From: Candidatus Thalassarchaeaceae archaeon
GTDB taxonomy: Archaea > Thermoplasmatota > Poseidoniia > Poseidoniales > Thalassarchaeaceae
DNA length: 64,000 nt
Assembly: GCA_030749075.1 (NCBI GenBank)
Contig: JASMKR010000035.1
Span: forward strand, 15,858 to 79,857
Reading direction: 5' to 3'
Under the pieces are notes generated by a model. It saw only the letters and a list, made by a program, of their open reading frames with translations. It did no database searches and was not told the DNA's origin. Positions 20,349 through 30,280 of the stretch are shown here, one piece after another (the first letter of the stretch is position 1; each line of letters opens with the position of its first letter). The translations under genes were made by a program, and so were the position numbers.

Positions 20349-21209
20349 TCACAGCCTCGTCGCCTTGAGGGTGAATGACAGAGGAATCGGCACGTGGCCC
20401 TCCTTGAGTCGCCAATAATTCGGTTGCGAGGGCTCGAAGAGCTCGGGCCAAGGATGGAAGAATAGTTCGTCTCGCTCGTTGATGAGATCGATTCGAAAGC
20501 CGTTCTCTAGAAGCGCGTTCATTATTGTGTCATACCTGTACTCCCAACAGTGAGTAGTGCGCTCAATGTCAGCCCCCTCCGAGGCATAGCTGCCTTCACC
20601 AATCTCTGAAACCGGGCCCTCGTTGAACAAATCGTACTTCAGAGCCAGTCGAGGGGGTTCTGATTCCTTCTTCAAATCGAGTGCATTAAGCATCGGGGTG
20701 CTCTCCTCAAGATACAGCACCCCTCCCTGCTTGGTCAGAGCAGCGCACACTCGTGCCCACTCGTATAGGTCAGGAAGCCAACACAATGCCCCGCGGCCCG
20801 TGTACAGTATGTCGAAGCGTTCCCCACCCAGTGCCTCGACGGCGTCGCTGACACTGCTGACGATGAACCGGGAGTCATCAATCCCGAGAATGTCGGCGAA
20901 TCGCTCGGCCTCGGCTATGGCGTTCGGGGAGAAGTCGAGGCCAGTCACCCGCGCGCCCTCGCGCGCCCACGATAGCGTGTCGGTACCTATGTGGCACTGC
21001 ATGTGGAGCAGCGTCTTGCCCTCGACCGAGCCCACCTCCTCGATCTCCCACGGGGCCAGTTTCGACTCACCTGCCAGCCATTGCTCGATCCGGTAGAATT
21101 CCGCACCACTACCCTGCGCGTGCAAGTGAGCCATCGCATCCCAGGACTCTAGATTCTCGCGAATCGCCTCCTCATCGTCCGCGGGCGGCGGGGCGGTTCT
21201 CCAAGCCAT
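20349..21209 (-). CDS. Class I SAM-dependent methyltransferase
   Basis: LLHMQCHIGTDT, VTGLDFS, FDILYT..GAL.WLPDL. Confidence 0.85.
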   Translation of the reverse strand: MAWRTAPPPADDEEAIRENLESWDAMAHLHAQGSGAEFYRIEQWLAGESKLAPWEIEEVGSVEGKTLLHMQCHIGTDTLSWAREGARVTGLDFSPNAIAEAERFADILGIDDSRFIVSSVSDAVEALGGERFDILYTGRGALCWLPDLYEWARVCAALTKQGGVLYLEESTPMLNALDLKKESEPPRLALKYDLFNEGPVSEIGEGSYASEGADIERTTHCWEYRYDTIMNALLENGFRIDLINERDELFFHPWPELFEPSQPNYWRLKEGHVPIPLSFTLKATRL

Positions 21210-21339
21210 GCTCGTGCGTCGGGGATTCTTGATGAAACCCTGTCGGCAGTGCGAGGATGCGATTATTCCTCTATCGCGAATCGTTTTCAGAAGTTTTTCA
21301 GAGGCAGGGTTGAAGGACGTCCCACCATTGGGGACGCTC

Positions 21340-22269
21340 GTGGGCGACGATGTGCGCAAATTGGTGATCATTGGATCCGGCCCGGCTGGCTACACCGCTG
21401 GTTTGTATGCCTCCCGGGCCCTATTGGATCCCCTCATGTTCGCCGGATACATGTCAGGTGGCCAATTGATGCTCACCTCCGAGGTTGAGAACTTCCCCGG
21501 ATATCCCCGGGGAGTGGAGGGGCCGGCCATGATGGTCCACATGAGGGAGCAAGCCGAGCGCTTCGGGCTTGAGGTACAAGACAAGAATGTTGAGAGGGTC
21601 GACCTCACTGAGCGGCCTTTCGGCGTTTGGGTCGAGGGGGAGGAAATTCGGGCGGAGGCAATCATCATCTGCACCGGGGCAGAGGCTATCTGGCTAGGAG
21701 TCGAGGGGGAGGATGCGCAGAAGGGCAGGGGGATTTCGACCTGCGCCACATGTGATGGCGCTTTCTTCCGCGACGAGGAGGTCATCGTCGTCGGCGGCGG
21801 GGACTCGGCCATGGAGGAGGCTACATTCCTGACCCGCTTCGCCAGCAAGGTCACCATTGTCCACCGGCGCGAAGGCTTCCGTGCTTCGAAGGTGATGTAC
21901 GAGAGGGCCTCCAATCACCCCAAAATCGACATCATGACATTCAGGCAGGTAAAGAGATGGCTCTCCGACGATAACGGTCTAACTGGGGCCATTTTGGAGG
22001 ACCCGCGAGATGGCTCTGTGGAGGAGATCTCATGCACTGGCGCTTTCATCGCTATCGGTCATGAGCCCATTACCGGATTCCTAGGGGGTCAAGTCGAGAC
22101 CGACGCAGAGGGATACATCATCCACAGTGAGAACACCATGACTAGCGTGGCCGGGGTTTTCGCCGCTGGCGACGTCGTCGACAAGCGCTACCGGCAGGCG
22201 ATTACCGCCGCAGGCATGGGCTGTCAATCAGCCATGGACGCTGAGAAGTGGCTGGAAGGCCATCACTGA
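21340..22269 (+). CDS. trxB: Thioredoxin-disulfide reductase
   Basis: IIGSGPAG, GGQL, CATCDG, VGGGDSAMEE, GVFAAGDV, YRQAITAAG. Confidence 0.96.
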   Translation: MGDDVRKLVIIGSGPAGYTAGLYASRALLDPLMFAGYMSGGQLMLTSEVENFPGYPRGVEGPAMMVHMREQAERFGLEVQDKNVERVDLTERPFGVWVEGEEIRAEAIIICTGAEAIWLGVEGEDAQKGRGISTCATCDGAFFRDEEVIVVGGGDSAMEEATFLTRFASKVTIVHRREGFRASKVMYERASNHPKIDIMTFRQVKRWLSDDNGLTGAILEDPRDGSVEEISCTGAFIAIGHEPITGFLGGQVETDAEGYIIHSENTMTSVAGVFAAGDVVDKRYRQAITAAGMGCQSAMDAEKWLEGHH

Positions 22270-22278
22270 GGTCCCGTT

Positions 22279-22692
22279 ATGGACAGCGTCGACGTATTCG
22301 ACGACATCGGTACTTGGCAGGAAAGGAGCTGGCTGAGCCACAGAATGGCCGATGGGGTGTACCTCCTGCACACTGGAATAACGCTCTACTGTGCTTTCGC
22401 ATGGCTCGGCCCCCACGACTGGATGCTCTGGGGGGTCGTGATCATCTACGGCTCTACCGAGATGCTGTGGCTGTTCAGGGACAGTTTCTGTGTACTCACT
22501 GACCTCGAACGACACCTACGCGGCGTTCCAAAGCCGGACTCATACCTTGAGCAGAACTTCATCCGCAGATTGCTCCTTTCTCTTTTTCGCAAGGACATTG
22601 TCCCAGAGGTGGCCAAGTCAGTTACAAGGGCATGGGGGCGGATTGGCTTTCTGGTGGCATCCGTTCGACTCTTCGTACCAAGCGTCCCATGA
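22279..22692 (+). CDS. Membrane protein, DUF2784-like
   Basis: AD...LLH, then C.LTDLE..LR..P.....F motif. Confidence 0.6.
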   Translation: MDSVDVFDDIGTWQERSWLSHRMADGVYLLHTGITLYCAFAWLGPHDWMLWGVVIIYGSTEMLWLFRDSFCVLTDLERHLRGVPKPDSYLEQNFIRRLLLSLFRKDIVPEVAKSVTRAWGRIGFLVASVRLFVPSVP

Positions 22693-22743
22693 AGAGTCAG
22701 CCTGACCGAAGCACACTTGGACAGAACGCACCCTCGGTAGACC

Positions 22744-23847
22744 GTGTCTGACGGACTTGATGGGGCCCAGAGGGAGCGCTACGCTCGACATCTAGTCCTT
22801 CCAGACGTAGGCGAAGAGGGGCAATCTCGTCTACTGGGGGCATCCGTTCTCGTTGTCGGTGCGGGAGGCCTTGGCTCCCCAGCATTGCTTTATCTCGCAG
22901 CAGCCGGAGTGGGCAAGATTGGGATTGTTGATCTCGACGTGGTCAGTGTGTCGAATCTACAGAGGCAGATCATCCATAGCACTTCCACCATTGGCGACTC
23001 CAAGGCGTCTTCCGCGGCAAGGAGAGTCTCGGACCTCAATCCCGACGTCCTTGTGGAGGCAATCGAGCAGAGGCTGGACCATGGCAACGCCCTCGACATC
23101 ATCAAGAGATACGATGTGGTACTGGACGGTACTGACAACTTCGATTCTCGCTATTTGATAGGAGACGCTTGCGAGGTGTTAGGCAAACCATGGGTGTTCG
23201 GTAGCATCCACAGGTTCGATGGACAGGTTTCGATGTTCAATCTTGATGGTGGGCCTAATTACCGCGACCTATTTCCCGAACCACCCCCGCTTGAGTTTGC
23301 CCCTAACTGCGCAGAGGCAGGAGTGCTTGGGGTGCTTCCCGGGCTCGTGGGGACGATACAGGCGACAGAGGCGATAAAGGCTATTCTAGGCATTGGTGGG
23401 TCGCTCTGTGGCAAGCTCCTCACCATAGACGCATTAACTATGGAAATGCGCACCCTTTCTTTCTCTGCCAACCCAGATAGGGTGCGAGTTTCGTCTCTCG
23501 AGAAGTCAAAAGGAGCAATGTTCTCGGAAATTAGCCCAAAGGACTACGTAAGTCGCCTTGAGAACGGTTGGGCGCCTTTTCTCCTAGACGTCCGCAGGGC
23601 AGAAGAGGAGGATATTGTCTCGATAGCTGGAACCGACCTGCGAATCCAACATTCCCAGGTTCTCGGGAGGATCGATGAGATTCCAAGGGACAGGGATGTG
23701 GTAATCTACTGCAGAGTTGGAAGCAGATCCGCTGCAGTAGCCCGATTTCTCTCCGAGTATGGGCGACTGGACAATAGTATCTACAACCTCAGTGGGGGCA
23801 TCCATGCGTGGTCAGAAACCGTAGATTCTAGTTTCATAAAATACTAA
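22744..23847 (+). CDS. moeB: MoeB/ThiF adenylyltransferase + rhodanese fusion (MoeZ/MOCS3-like)
   Basis: RYARH, GAGGLG, SNLQRQ, DGTDNF, PNCAEAGV; C-terminal LLDVR..E and YCRVGSRS rhodanese loop. Confidence 0.9.
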   Translation: MSDGLDGAQRERYARHLVLPDVGEEGQSRLLGASVLVVGAGGLGSPALLYLAAAGVGKIGIVDLDVVSVSNLQRQIIHSTSTIGDSKASSAARRVSDLNPDVLVEAIEQRLDHGNALDIIKRYDVVLDGTDNFDSRYLIGDACEVLGKPWVFGSIHRFDGQVSMFNLDGGPNYRDLFPEPPPLEFAPNCAEAGVLGVLPGLVGTIQATEAIKAILGIGGSLCGKLLTIDALTMEMRTLSFSANPDRVRVSSLEKSKGAMFSEISPKDYVSRLENGWAPFLLDVRRAEEEDIVSIAGTDLRIQHSQVLGRIDEIPRDRDVVIYCRVGSRSAAVARFLSEYGRLDNSIYNLSGGIHAWSETVDSSFIKY

Positions 23848-24015
23848 TTGTGGTAATTTTTTCAATAATACAGTATTTATTTGTGGTAAATTTGTATAAA
23901 TTATGCCCATTATTGTGACATGTCGACTACTGACGTGCAATATTATTGTATAGATGTGGTTTATTTAGTCTTAAACAACCGATTAATTGTTGTACTATTA
24001 CTTCATCGATCCGAT
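23848..24015. promoter_or_regulatory. AT-rich intergenic island with repeated TGTGGT(A/T) motif
   Basis: Sharp AT enrichment; TTGTGGTAA at 23848 and 23881, ATGTGGTTT at 23954. Confidence 0.45.
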
Positions 24016-26895
24016 ATGAGTTATGCACGTCGAGGCATCTGGAAGTGCCCCTCCTGCTCCAAGCATCAGGTATGGAAGACGAGGAACGCGGGAGTCAATC
24101 ATCTCGACCGGAGGTGCGGAAGCTGCGGCGATAGGATCAGAGTAACGCTTGATCGTTCCAATTCCGGTCAGGGGCGTTTGCGAACTGTCGATATTTGGGA
24201 GAGGGGGGCTGCAATCAGCTTGAATGAGCTGGAAGAGGAAGTAGGGCGCAGGGACGAAGGAAGGGGGGGTCGAGCGGAGCGCTTTGACGAAGGGGCGGAC
24301 AAATTGCTTGAGGCGGTAACGCAAGCAGATTTGCCTGTCATTTGGGGTGCTGGTTGGAGGGCCAAGGAGGCACTCTCGTTTCCAAGGCCCTTGAAATCCA
24401 AAGAAGTGAGAGCGCAGTTGCTTACTTTCATCGCTGAACGTCACGACGGACACCTGAATGTCATCGCGGACTGCTGGGATGGGGAGGGAGTGCGGGCCAC
24501 CTTCGATGGAGTGGAATTCCACGAGTTCTCGGACAGCCTGCTGGAAAGAATCGGGGAGCATCTGGCAGAGCGCTTGCTGGGACCGCAACTGGCGACTCTT
24601 GAGAAGACTGAAATCATTCCCATGAGGTCTGGGAGGATTTACCTAGACCGACGTGCTGCGCGGTTTCTGCTGGACGTCTCGCTATGCTTGAGGAGAATTG
24701 CGCACTACGCCTCGATTACGCTTGAGCAACGAATGGAATGGCAGCGATGGATGATGCGGACAAGGTTGGTCGACGAGCAGCTGAAGGACCTCTTCGGAAA
24801 CGGCTTGCCAACGCCGGATGGAGGTAGTTTCGGTGGAAAGGGTTTCCAATCCACGTGGCAGGAGGGCATAGTCGCATGCGCCTCTTCTCTCAGGAGAGCT
24901 GTCGATATGCCCCCCGAAGAACGCCGCAGTGCCGATATCGTGGCACCGATGATCCGCGATGTCGGTCTCGCGCTAGCAATGGGCCAGACTCCCTCCGAGA
25001 TACTCGTCGCTCAGATGGGGAAGTCCGCCTCCTACATGGACGGCGGACATTCGGGAAGTGGTGGCAGAGATCTGCACATAGGTAACTGGGAGAAGGGGGT
25101 CCTTCCGCCAACTGCTCCACTACCTATAGCCAGCGCCACGACCACGGGCGTGGCTCTGGCTGCCAAGCATCTGGGGATAGACCGATTCCACCTTGCTCCC
25201 GTCGGGGAGGGGTGCAGTAGCAGCGGGGAGTTCTGGGAGGCGATGAACTTCGCTGGAGCCCGCGGCCTTCCCATCTGCTTCATGATACAGAATAACCAGA
25301 TTGCACTGGATACATTCGTCGTGAGTCAATCTGGGGCGGAGACCTTCGGCGATAAGGGACATGCGATGGGGATTCCATCATGGACAATCGACGGCTCGGA
25401 TCCGGCCAATTTCTACTCCTCGACGGCCGTGGCTCGTGAATTTGCCACGACCGGCGGTGGGGCTACCCTGATTCATGTCGAGACCATGCGGGGCTGTGGT
25501 CACGCGCACCATCACGATGACCTCTATCTTGGTGCTGCAAGCGGCAATCCACCTGGCTACGTTGACCGTGGGTTACTCTCCTACTGGGCAGACAAGGATC
25601 CAATTCCCAATCACAGGGAACTCCTAATCCACTTGGGTGCGAGCGAAGGGGCTCTAGTGGAAATGGCGGCCGAGGAGGAATCGCTGGTGGAGGCCGCGAG
25701 GGCCGATCTAGAGAAGATGGCTTGGCCCACGGGACATTCGGTGACCAAGGGCGTCACCTCTTTGCACGATGCTCCCAGCCATGCTCAGCAACTAGGGAGG
25801 ATGCAGGATAAGGGAGGGCGTGTAGAATCCCCCCTTGCCCCGGGTGAGCTCGCTCTAAAGTTCTCGGAGGCCTCAAACTCCTGGACGTACAGCCGGGCCA
25901 TCCAGAACGGAATGGTGGCAATAGCCGAGAAATATCCCAAACAGGCCATATTCATGGGGGAGGACATGGAGGTTGCTGGAGCCTTTGGTATGAATCTCCC
26001 GCTCAAGGCCAAGGGGCACCAAGGCAAACTGCTGGACATGCCTCTGTCCGAGGCGATAATCATCCATTCCGCTACCGGGGCCGCACTTGGAGGGATGCGC
26101 CCCCTGACTGAGATTCAATTTGGCGGCTTCGCGGCTCTTGCGATGAATCCCCTAATCAACAACGCAGCCCAACTTCGGTGGAGATGGGGTGGCGAGGTAC
26201 CAATGACCGTAAGGATTCCACTGGGGGCCAAGACTCGCAGTGGTCCCTTCCATGCCAACATGATCGAATCGTGGTTCATCAATGACCCGGGGCTCGTCAT
26301 CGTGTTTCCCAGCACCCCTCAGGACGCGTACGATCTGCTAATCGAGTCGCACTCCTTGCCGGACCCTGTAGTCTACCTAGAGCACATTGGACTGTACGGT
26401 CTGAGGGGGGGTAAGACTGGGTGGGGGAAGTCAATCAACCAACTAGTAGACACTGAATCCGTACACCAGAGGCTCTCTGGGGGCCAGACCTCTGTCGGCG
26501 AAGCGAAGGTTGTGCGTGGGGGTCGGGATCTGACCATTATTTCCTGGGGAGCGATGGTCCACGTCGCCCTGGAGGCTTGTTCAGAGGCCTCCAATAAGGG
26601 TGTTGAGGTCGAGGTCATTGACCTCAGGACCCTCGTCCCCCTTGACGCGCGGACTTGCGTCGAGTCGGTTCGTCGTACGGGAAAGCTGCTTATTCTGCAA
26701 GAATCTCAGTGGTCAGGGGGGTTTGGACATACGGTCAGCAGCAGAATCATCGAAGAGGCATTCTGGAGCTTGGAATGTCCCCCAGTAGTCATTGGAGCTC
26801 TAGATACCCCGGTGCCCTTCTCTCCTACTTTGGAGGATCACACGATTCCTTCTGTTGAACTGGTCTCGCGCCATATTGAGGTAGCATGCGCTTGA
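24016..26895 (+). CDS. Fused 2-oxoacid dehydrogenase E1 alpha+beta with N-terminal Zn-ribbon extension
   Basis: TPP motif GEG...IQNN, R.CGHAHHD, MGED, PLSE, EIQF, GPFH, EVIDLRTL.PLD; N-terminal CPSC..CGSC. Confidence 0.9.
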   Translation: MSYARRGIWKCPSCSKHQVWKTRNAGVNHLDRRCGSCGDRIRVTLDRSNSGQGRLRTVDIWERGAAISLNELEEEVGRRDEGRGGRAERFDEGADKLLEAVTQADLPVIWGAGWRAKEALSFPRPLKSKEVRAQLLTFIAERHDGHLNVIADCWDGEGVRATFDGVEFHEFSDSLLERIGEHLAERLLGPQLATLEKTEIIPMRSGRIYLDRRAARFLLDVSLCLRRIAHYASITLEQRMEWQRWMMRTRLVDEQLKDLFGNGLPTPDGGSFGGKGFQSTWQEGIVACASSLRRAVDMPPEERRSADIVAPMIRDVGLALAMGQTPSEILVAQMGKSASYMDGGHSGSGGRDLHIGNWEKGVLPPTAPLPIASATTTGVALAAKHLGIDRFHLAPVGEGCSSSGEFWEAMNFAGARGLPICFMIQNNQIALDTFVVSQSGAETFGDKGHAMGIPSWTIDGSDPANFYSSTAVAREFATTGGGATLIHVETMRGCGHAHHHDDLYLGAASGNPPGYVDRGLLSYWADKDPIPNHRELLIHLGASEGALVEMAAEEESLVEAARADLEKMAWPTGHSVTKGVTSLHDAPSHAQQLGRMQDKGGRVESPLAPGELALKFSEASNSWTYSRAIQNGMVAIAEKYPKQAIFMGEDMEVAGAFGMNLPLKAKGHQGKLLDMPLSEAIIIHSATGAALGGMRPLTEIQFGGFAALAMNPLINNAAQLRWRWGGEVPMTVRIPLGAKTRSGPFHANMIESWFINDPGLVIVFPSTPQDAYDLLIESHSLPDPVVYLEHIGLYGLRGGKTGWGKSINQLVDTESVHQRLSGGQTSVGEAKVVRGGRDLTIISWGAMVHVALEACSEASNKGVEVEVIDLRTLVPLDARTCVESVRRTGKLLILQESQWSGGFGHTVSSRIIEEAFWSLECPPVVIGALDTPVPFSPTLEDHTIPSVELVSRHIEVACA

Positions 26896-26926
26896 CCAAA
26901 TCCTCAATCCCACCTAGCAAACAGTC

Positions 26927-27883
26927 ATGTGCGTCTCTTCTCCGGAATGCGATGTGGATGCTGTATACGTTCTGATTGGTTTCGTCTTTCTGATGGGTGG
27001 GGGCGAGGGGCTCGTGCAAGGGGCAATTAGAATTTCAGGCAGACTCCAGGTTCCCCCTCTTCTGATTGGTTTTACTATAGTCGCCATTGGCACGTCGCTG
27101 CCCGAGCTTGCAGTCGCGCTTGAGGCTGTCAGACAGAGTTCGCCTGAGATTGCTGTGGGCGGCGTAATTGGCTCAAATGTAGCCAACGTGATGTTAGTCC
27201 TGGGAACCGCTGCCGTCCTCGGGGTGTGCTCCGACCCGGATGAGGGAATCAAGAGGGACGCAGTTGCGGTAATGGCCGCGACTCTGGTTCTACTGGCCAT
27301 TGTGTTGATTGGGGGGGCCTCGCAGATGGTTGGTTTCGGCATGATCGTCGCTCTAGCAGGGTACTACTGTTACGCATACATCGATGCAACCAGAACAGGC
27401 GAGGAGGTTGAGGTCGGTCACTCTTGGCTTCCTGATCGCTTGGATCTGGCCGTGCCGTCTTGCATAGCTGGAGGTTGGATGATCTGGATGGGAGCTGAAT
27501 TTCTCGTCAAAGGTGCCACTGGAATCGCTGAGAGCTACGGAATCTCCGAAGCGGTGATTGGACTATCGATGGTCGCCCTTGGCACCTCCCTTCCCGAGCT
27601 GGCAGTGACCCTAGTAGCAGGTCTGCGAGGACAAGGTGGGGTGGCGATAGGCAATGTCCTGGGATCGAATGTAATCAACATCCTGGGTATCCTCGGCGCC
27701 GCGGCTATCGTCGGCGGGGGTTTGGGAATCTCCAGCTCCTTCGCCGAGAGGGACGTATGGGTAGTCCTGGCAACCTCCGGAATCATTGCTGGCATGCTAT
27801 TGGGAGAACGGAAAATGGGCAAAGGCATCGGTTCGACGATGATCTTCGGCTACTTGGCTTACATCATCATTCTATACCTCTAA
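26927..27883 (+). CDS. Ca2+/Na+ antiporter (YrbG/CaCA family)
   Basis: Two alpha repeats GTSLPEL with G.V.GSNV.N. Confidence 0.93.
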   Translation: MCVSSPECDVDAVYVLIGFVFLMGGGEGLVQGAIRISGRLQVPPLLIGFTIVAIGTSLPELAVALEAVRQSSPEIAVGGVIGSNVANVMLVLGTAAVLGVCSDPDEGIKRDAVAVMAATLVLLAIVLIGGASQMVGFGMIVALAGYYCYAYIDATRTGEEVEVGHSWLPDRLDLAVPSCIAGGWMIWMGAEFLVKGATGIAESYGISEAVIGLSMVALGTSLPELAVTLVAGLRGQGGVAIGNVLGSNVINILGILGAAAIVGGGLGISSSFAERDVWVVLATSGIIAGMLLGERKMGKGIGSTMIFGYLAYIIILYL

Positions 27884-27901
27884 TACGAGTGACTCCACCG
27901 T

Positions 27902-28486
27902 ATGACCGTGGTCGGATCACAAGTCGGGTGCGTCGTCTTGGCCGCGGGATCGAGCAAGCGTATGGGGCGAGAAAAGGCACTGGTCAAGATCGGACAGGAG
28001 ACCCTGGTGGGTTTGACGGTACGCAGACTGGCGGCGTATGGGATATCACCGGTAATCGTTACCAGATCGGACATAGAGGGGGAGATTGCGAAAGCGGCCC
28101 CATCCAGCAAGGTGCTTGTCAATCCTAGCCCGGATACCGGCAGGACCGGTACCCTACAAATCGGCATCGCCGAACTCGATGCGGGGATGGGCACTGGCTA
28201 CATGCTCCTGGTAGTCCCCGTTGACCGCCCAGGCTTCTCGGACTCCACCCTAAGATCGCTCATCTCTTCCAAGCAGACCAGTTGCCCGGAGAAGGACGGG
28301 AGGGGAGGTCACCCCCTGATTATTTCAGCGGATGACATTGGAAGGATTCGGGATTCCCCTCCCAATGTCCCATTGCGCAATTTGGTGGAACCAGAAAGAT
28401 TCGAAGTCAATGACCCACTCTTGCACCTGAACGTTGACTCTCCGATCGATCTGATAGAACTATCAGATTCCCTGACCGAACTGTGA
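27902..28486 (+). CDS. MocA-like nucleotidyltransferase (NTP_transf_3)
   Basis: VLAAGSSKRMGREKAL, PVDRP, GRGGHP, NVDSP.D; near xdhC and a Mo enzyme. Confidence 0.8.
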   Translation: MTVVGSQVGCVVLAAGSSKRMGREKALVKIGQETLVGLTVRRLAAYGISPVIVTRSDIEGEIAKAAPSSKVLVNPSPDTGRTGTLQIGIAELDAGMGTGYMLLVVPVDRPGFSDSTLRSLISSKQTSCPEKDGRGGHPLIISADDIGRIRDSPPNVPLRNLVEPERFEVNDPLLHLNVDSPIDLIELSDSLTEL

Positions 28487-28543
28487 ATGATGGTTTGATA
28501 CGCATAATATTCTTCTGTCGTTGGCTTCCCGGGGGGGCATAAT

Positions 28544-29362
28544 ATGGACATCATTGGCTTCATCGAGGGTTTCGATCCAATCCAACAAGCCCTAATCGCA
28601 GGCCTATTCACCTGGTTACTAACCGCGGCAGGCGCAGCTCTCGTGATCTTCTTCAAAGAACTGGATAGGAAGGTCCTAGATGCGATGCTAGGCTTCGCAG
28701 CAGGAGTGATGATTGCGGCCAGTTTCTGGTCGCTGCTATCCCCTGCTCTGGAAATGTCAGAGGGCGGGAACCTGCCGGTCTGGTTCCCAGCGCTTGTCGG
28801 TTTCCTGATGGGAGGCATCTGCATGAGGCTGATTGACATGTTCCTGCCTCACCTTCACCCTGGAGCCCCTCCCGAAGAGGCGGAGGGTGTCGAGAATAGC
28901 TGGCGCAGAAGCATGCTTTTGATTTCGGCAATTACTCTGCACAACATTCCAGAGGGGCTCGCCATCGGTGTCGCCTTCGGTGCGGCTGCTTCTGGATACG
29001 AGGGTGCGACCGTGGGTGCCGCAGTGGCTCTGGCAATAGGCATAGGCATCCAAAACTTCCCAGAAGGAGCTGCAGTCTCGCTGCCTCTCAGGCGTGAGGG
29101 GCTCTCCAGGAGGTCCTGCTTCCTGTGGGGGCAGTTATCCGCTACCGTTGAGCCTGTAGCCGCCGTCTTGGGAGCTGCACTGGTAATAGCCGCAACACCA
29201 ATTCTTCCCTATGCCCTCTCCTTCGCTGCAGGCGCGATGATCTTCGTGGTGGTAGAAGAGCTGGTCCCGGAATCCCACAGAGGAGGGAATGGCGACATCG
29301 CCACGATGGGAGTAATGCTCGGGTTCGCTGTAATGATGGTGCTCGACGTCGCTTTCGGTTGA
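28544..29362 (+). CDS. ZIP family metal transporter (GufA-like)
   Basis: LGFAAGVM, HLHP, ITLHNIPEGLA, IQNFPEG, VEP, EELVPE. Confidence 0.94.
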   Translation: MDIIGFIEGFDPIQQALIAGLFTWLLTAAGAALVIFFKELDRKVLDAMLGFAAGVMIAASFWSLLSPALEMSEGGNLPVWFPALVGFLMGGICMRLIDMFLPHLHPGAPPEEAEGVENSWRRSMLLISAITLHNIPEGLAIGVAFGAAASGYEGATVGAAVALAIGIGIQNFPEGAAVSLPLRREGLSRRSCFLWGQLSATVEPVAAVLGAALVIAATPILPYALSFAAGAMIFVVVEELVPESHRGGNGDIATMGVMLGFAVMMVLDVAFG

Positions 29363-29408
29363 TTCCTCTCTGCGCAAGCACAAAGGAACACATCCCCCTC
29401 TCAGGTAC

Positions 29409-30254
29409 GTGACCCGTGCTGTCCTAACATGGATGCTGGATAGGCTCGATGAGGGTGAGCGTGTTGCCATAGCCTCGGTGATTGAGGCAAGGGGCAGCGT
29501 ACCGGGAAAGCCGGGATCCAGGCTGGCTATGACGTCTGGCGGTGCAAAGTTCGGCACTGTGGGGGGGGCGGGTCTGGAGCTAGAGGTCGAGGGCGCCCTC
29601 AACAATCTGCTAAACGGGTTCGAGGGGCATTCGCGCAAAATGGGGGGCAAAATACAGACATTTGTCCTCTACAAGGACGGGAAGGGAAAAGAAGTGAGAG
29701 CGCTGGACAGCCTTTGCGGCGGTCGCGTTACCGTCGCTATGGAGGTCATTGAACCGATGCCGCACATTCTGATCGTAGGAGGCGGCCATGTCTGCCGCTC
29801 CATAGCCACCGTAAGCGATGCTCTAGATTGGTCCCACAGTGTGTTCGATGTCAGGCCCGAATACGCCACAGGGGAGCGTTTTCCCACGGCAAGCGAATTG
29901 CATGCTTCTTCCGTCGCCGAGTTTCTGCATTCAGAGGGCGAGCAAACGCTAGTCAGATTCTCGGACGTGCTTCTACTTGGGCATGACTGGGCTATCGATC
30001 AAGAGATGCTAATTGGCCTTCTCGAAAAGCGCGGTGAATCGGAAAGGCCTAGGATTGGCGCAATTGGATCCAAATCCAAGTGGAAATCGTTCAGGAAGGC
30101 AGCCATCGAATCGGGCCTCGCAGAAAATTTGGTGGATTCGGTCAGGTGCCCCATTGGTCTGGATATTGGTGCTGACTCGCCGGAGGAAATCGCGTTGTCG
30201 GTGTGCGCAGAGCTGCTCTCGCTGGAACGAGGGGTTAATCCAGCCGAAGGCTGA
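29409..30254 (+). CDS. XdhC/CoxI family Mo-cofactor insertion chaperone
   Basis: GSVPG..G, GTVGG, CGG, GGGHV, GAIGS..K, CPIGLDIGADSPEEIA. Confidence 0.9.
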   Translation: MTRAVLTWMLDRLDEGERVAIASVIEARGSVPGKPGSRLAMTSGGAKFGTVGGAGLELEVEGALNNLLNGFEGHSRKMGGKIQTFVLYKDGKGKEVRALDSLCGGRVTVAMEVIEPMPHILIVGGGHVCRSIATVSDALDWSHSVFDVRPEYATGERFPTASELHASSVAEFLHSEGEQTLVRFSDVLLLGHDWAIDQEMLIGLLEKRGESERPRIGAIGSKSKWKSFRKAAIESGLAENLVDSVRCPIGLDIGADSPEEIALSVCAELLSLERGVNPAEG

Positions 30255-30280
30255 AATCGCAGCCGTGTTGTGACTAGCTC

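Noticed and set aside
23848..23965. DnaA boxes / bacterial oriC
   Set aside because: TGTGGTAA only loosely resembles TGTGGATAA, the context is archaeal, and no dnaA or cdc6 gene is adjacent.
23920..24015. N-terminal 32 aa of the 991-aa ORF
   Set aside because: It runs through AT-rich non-coding-like DNA; ATG 24016 is the more plausible start.
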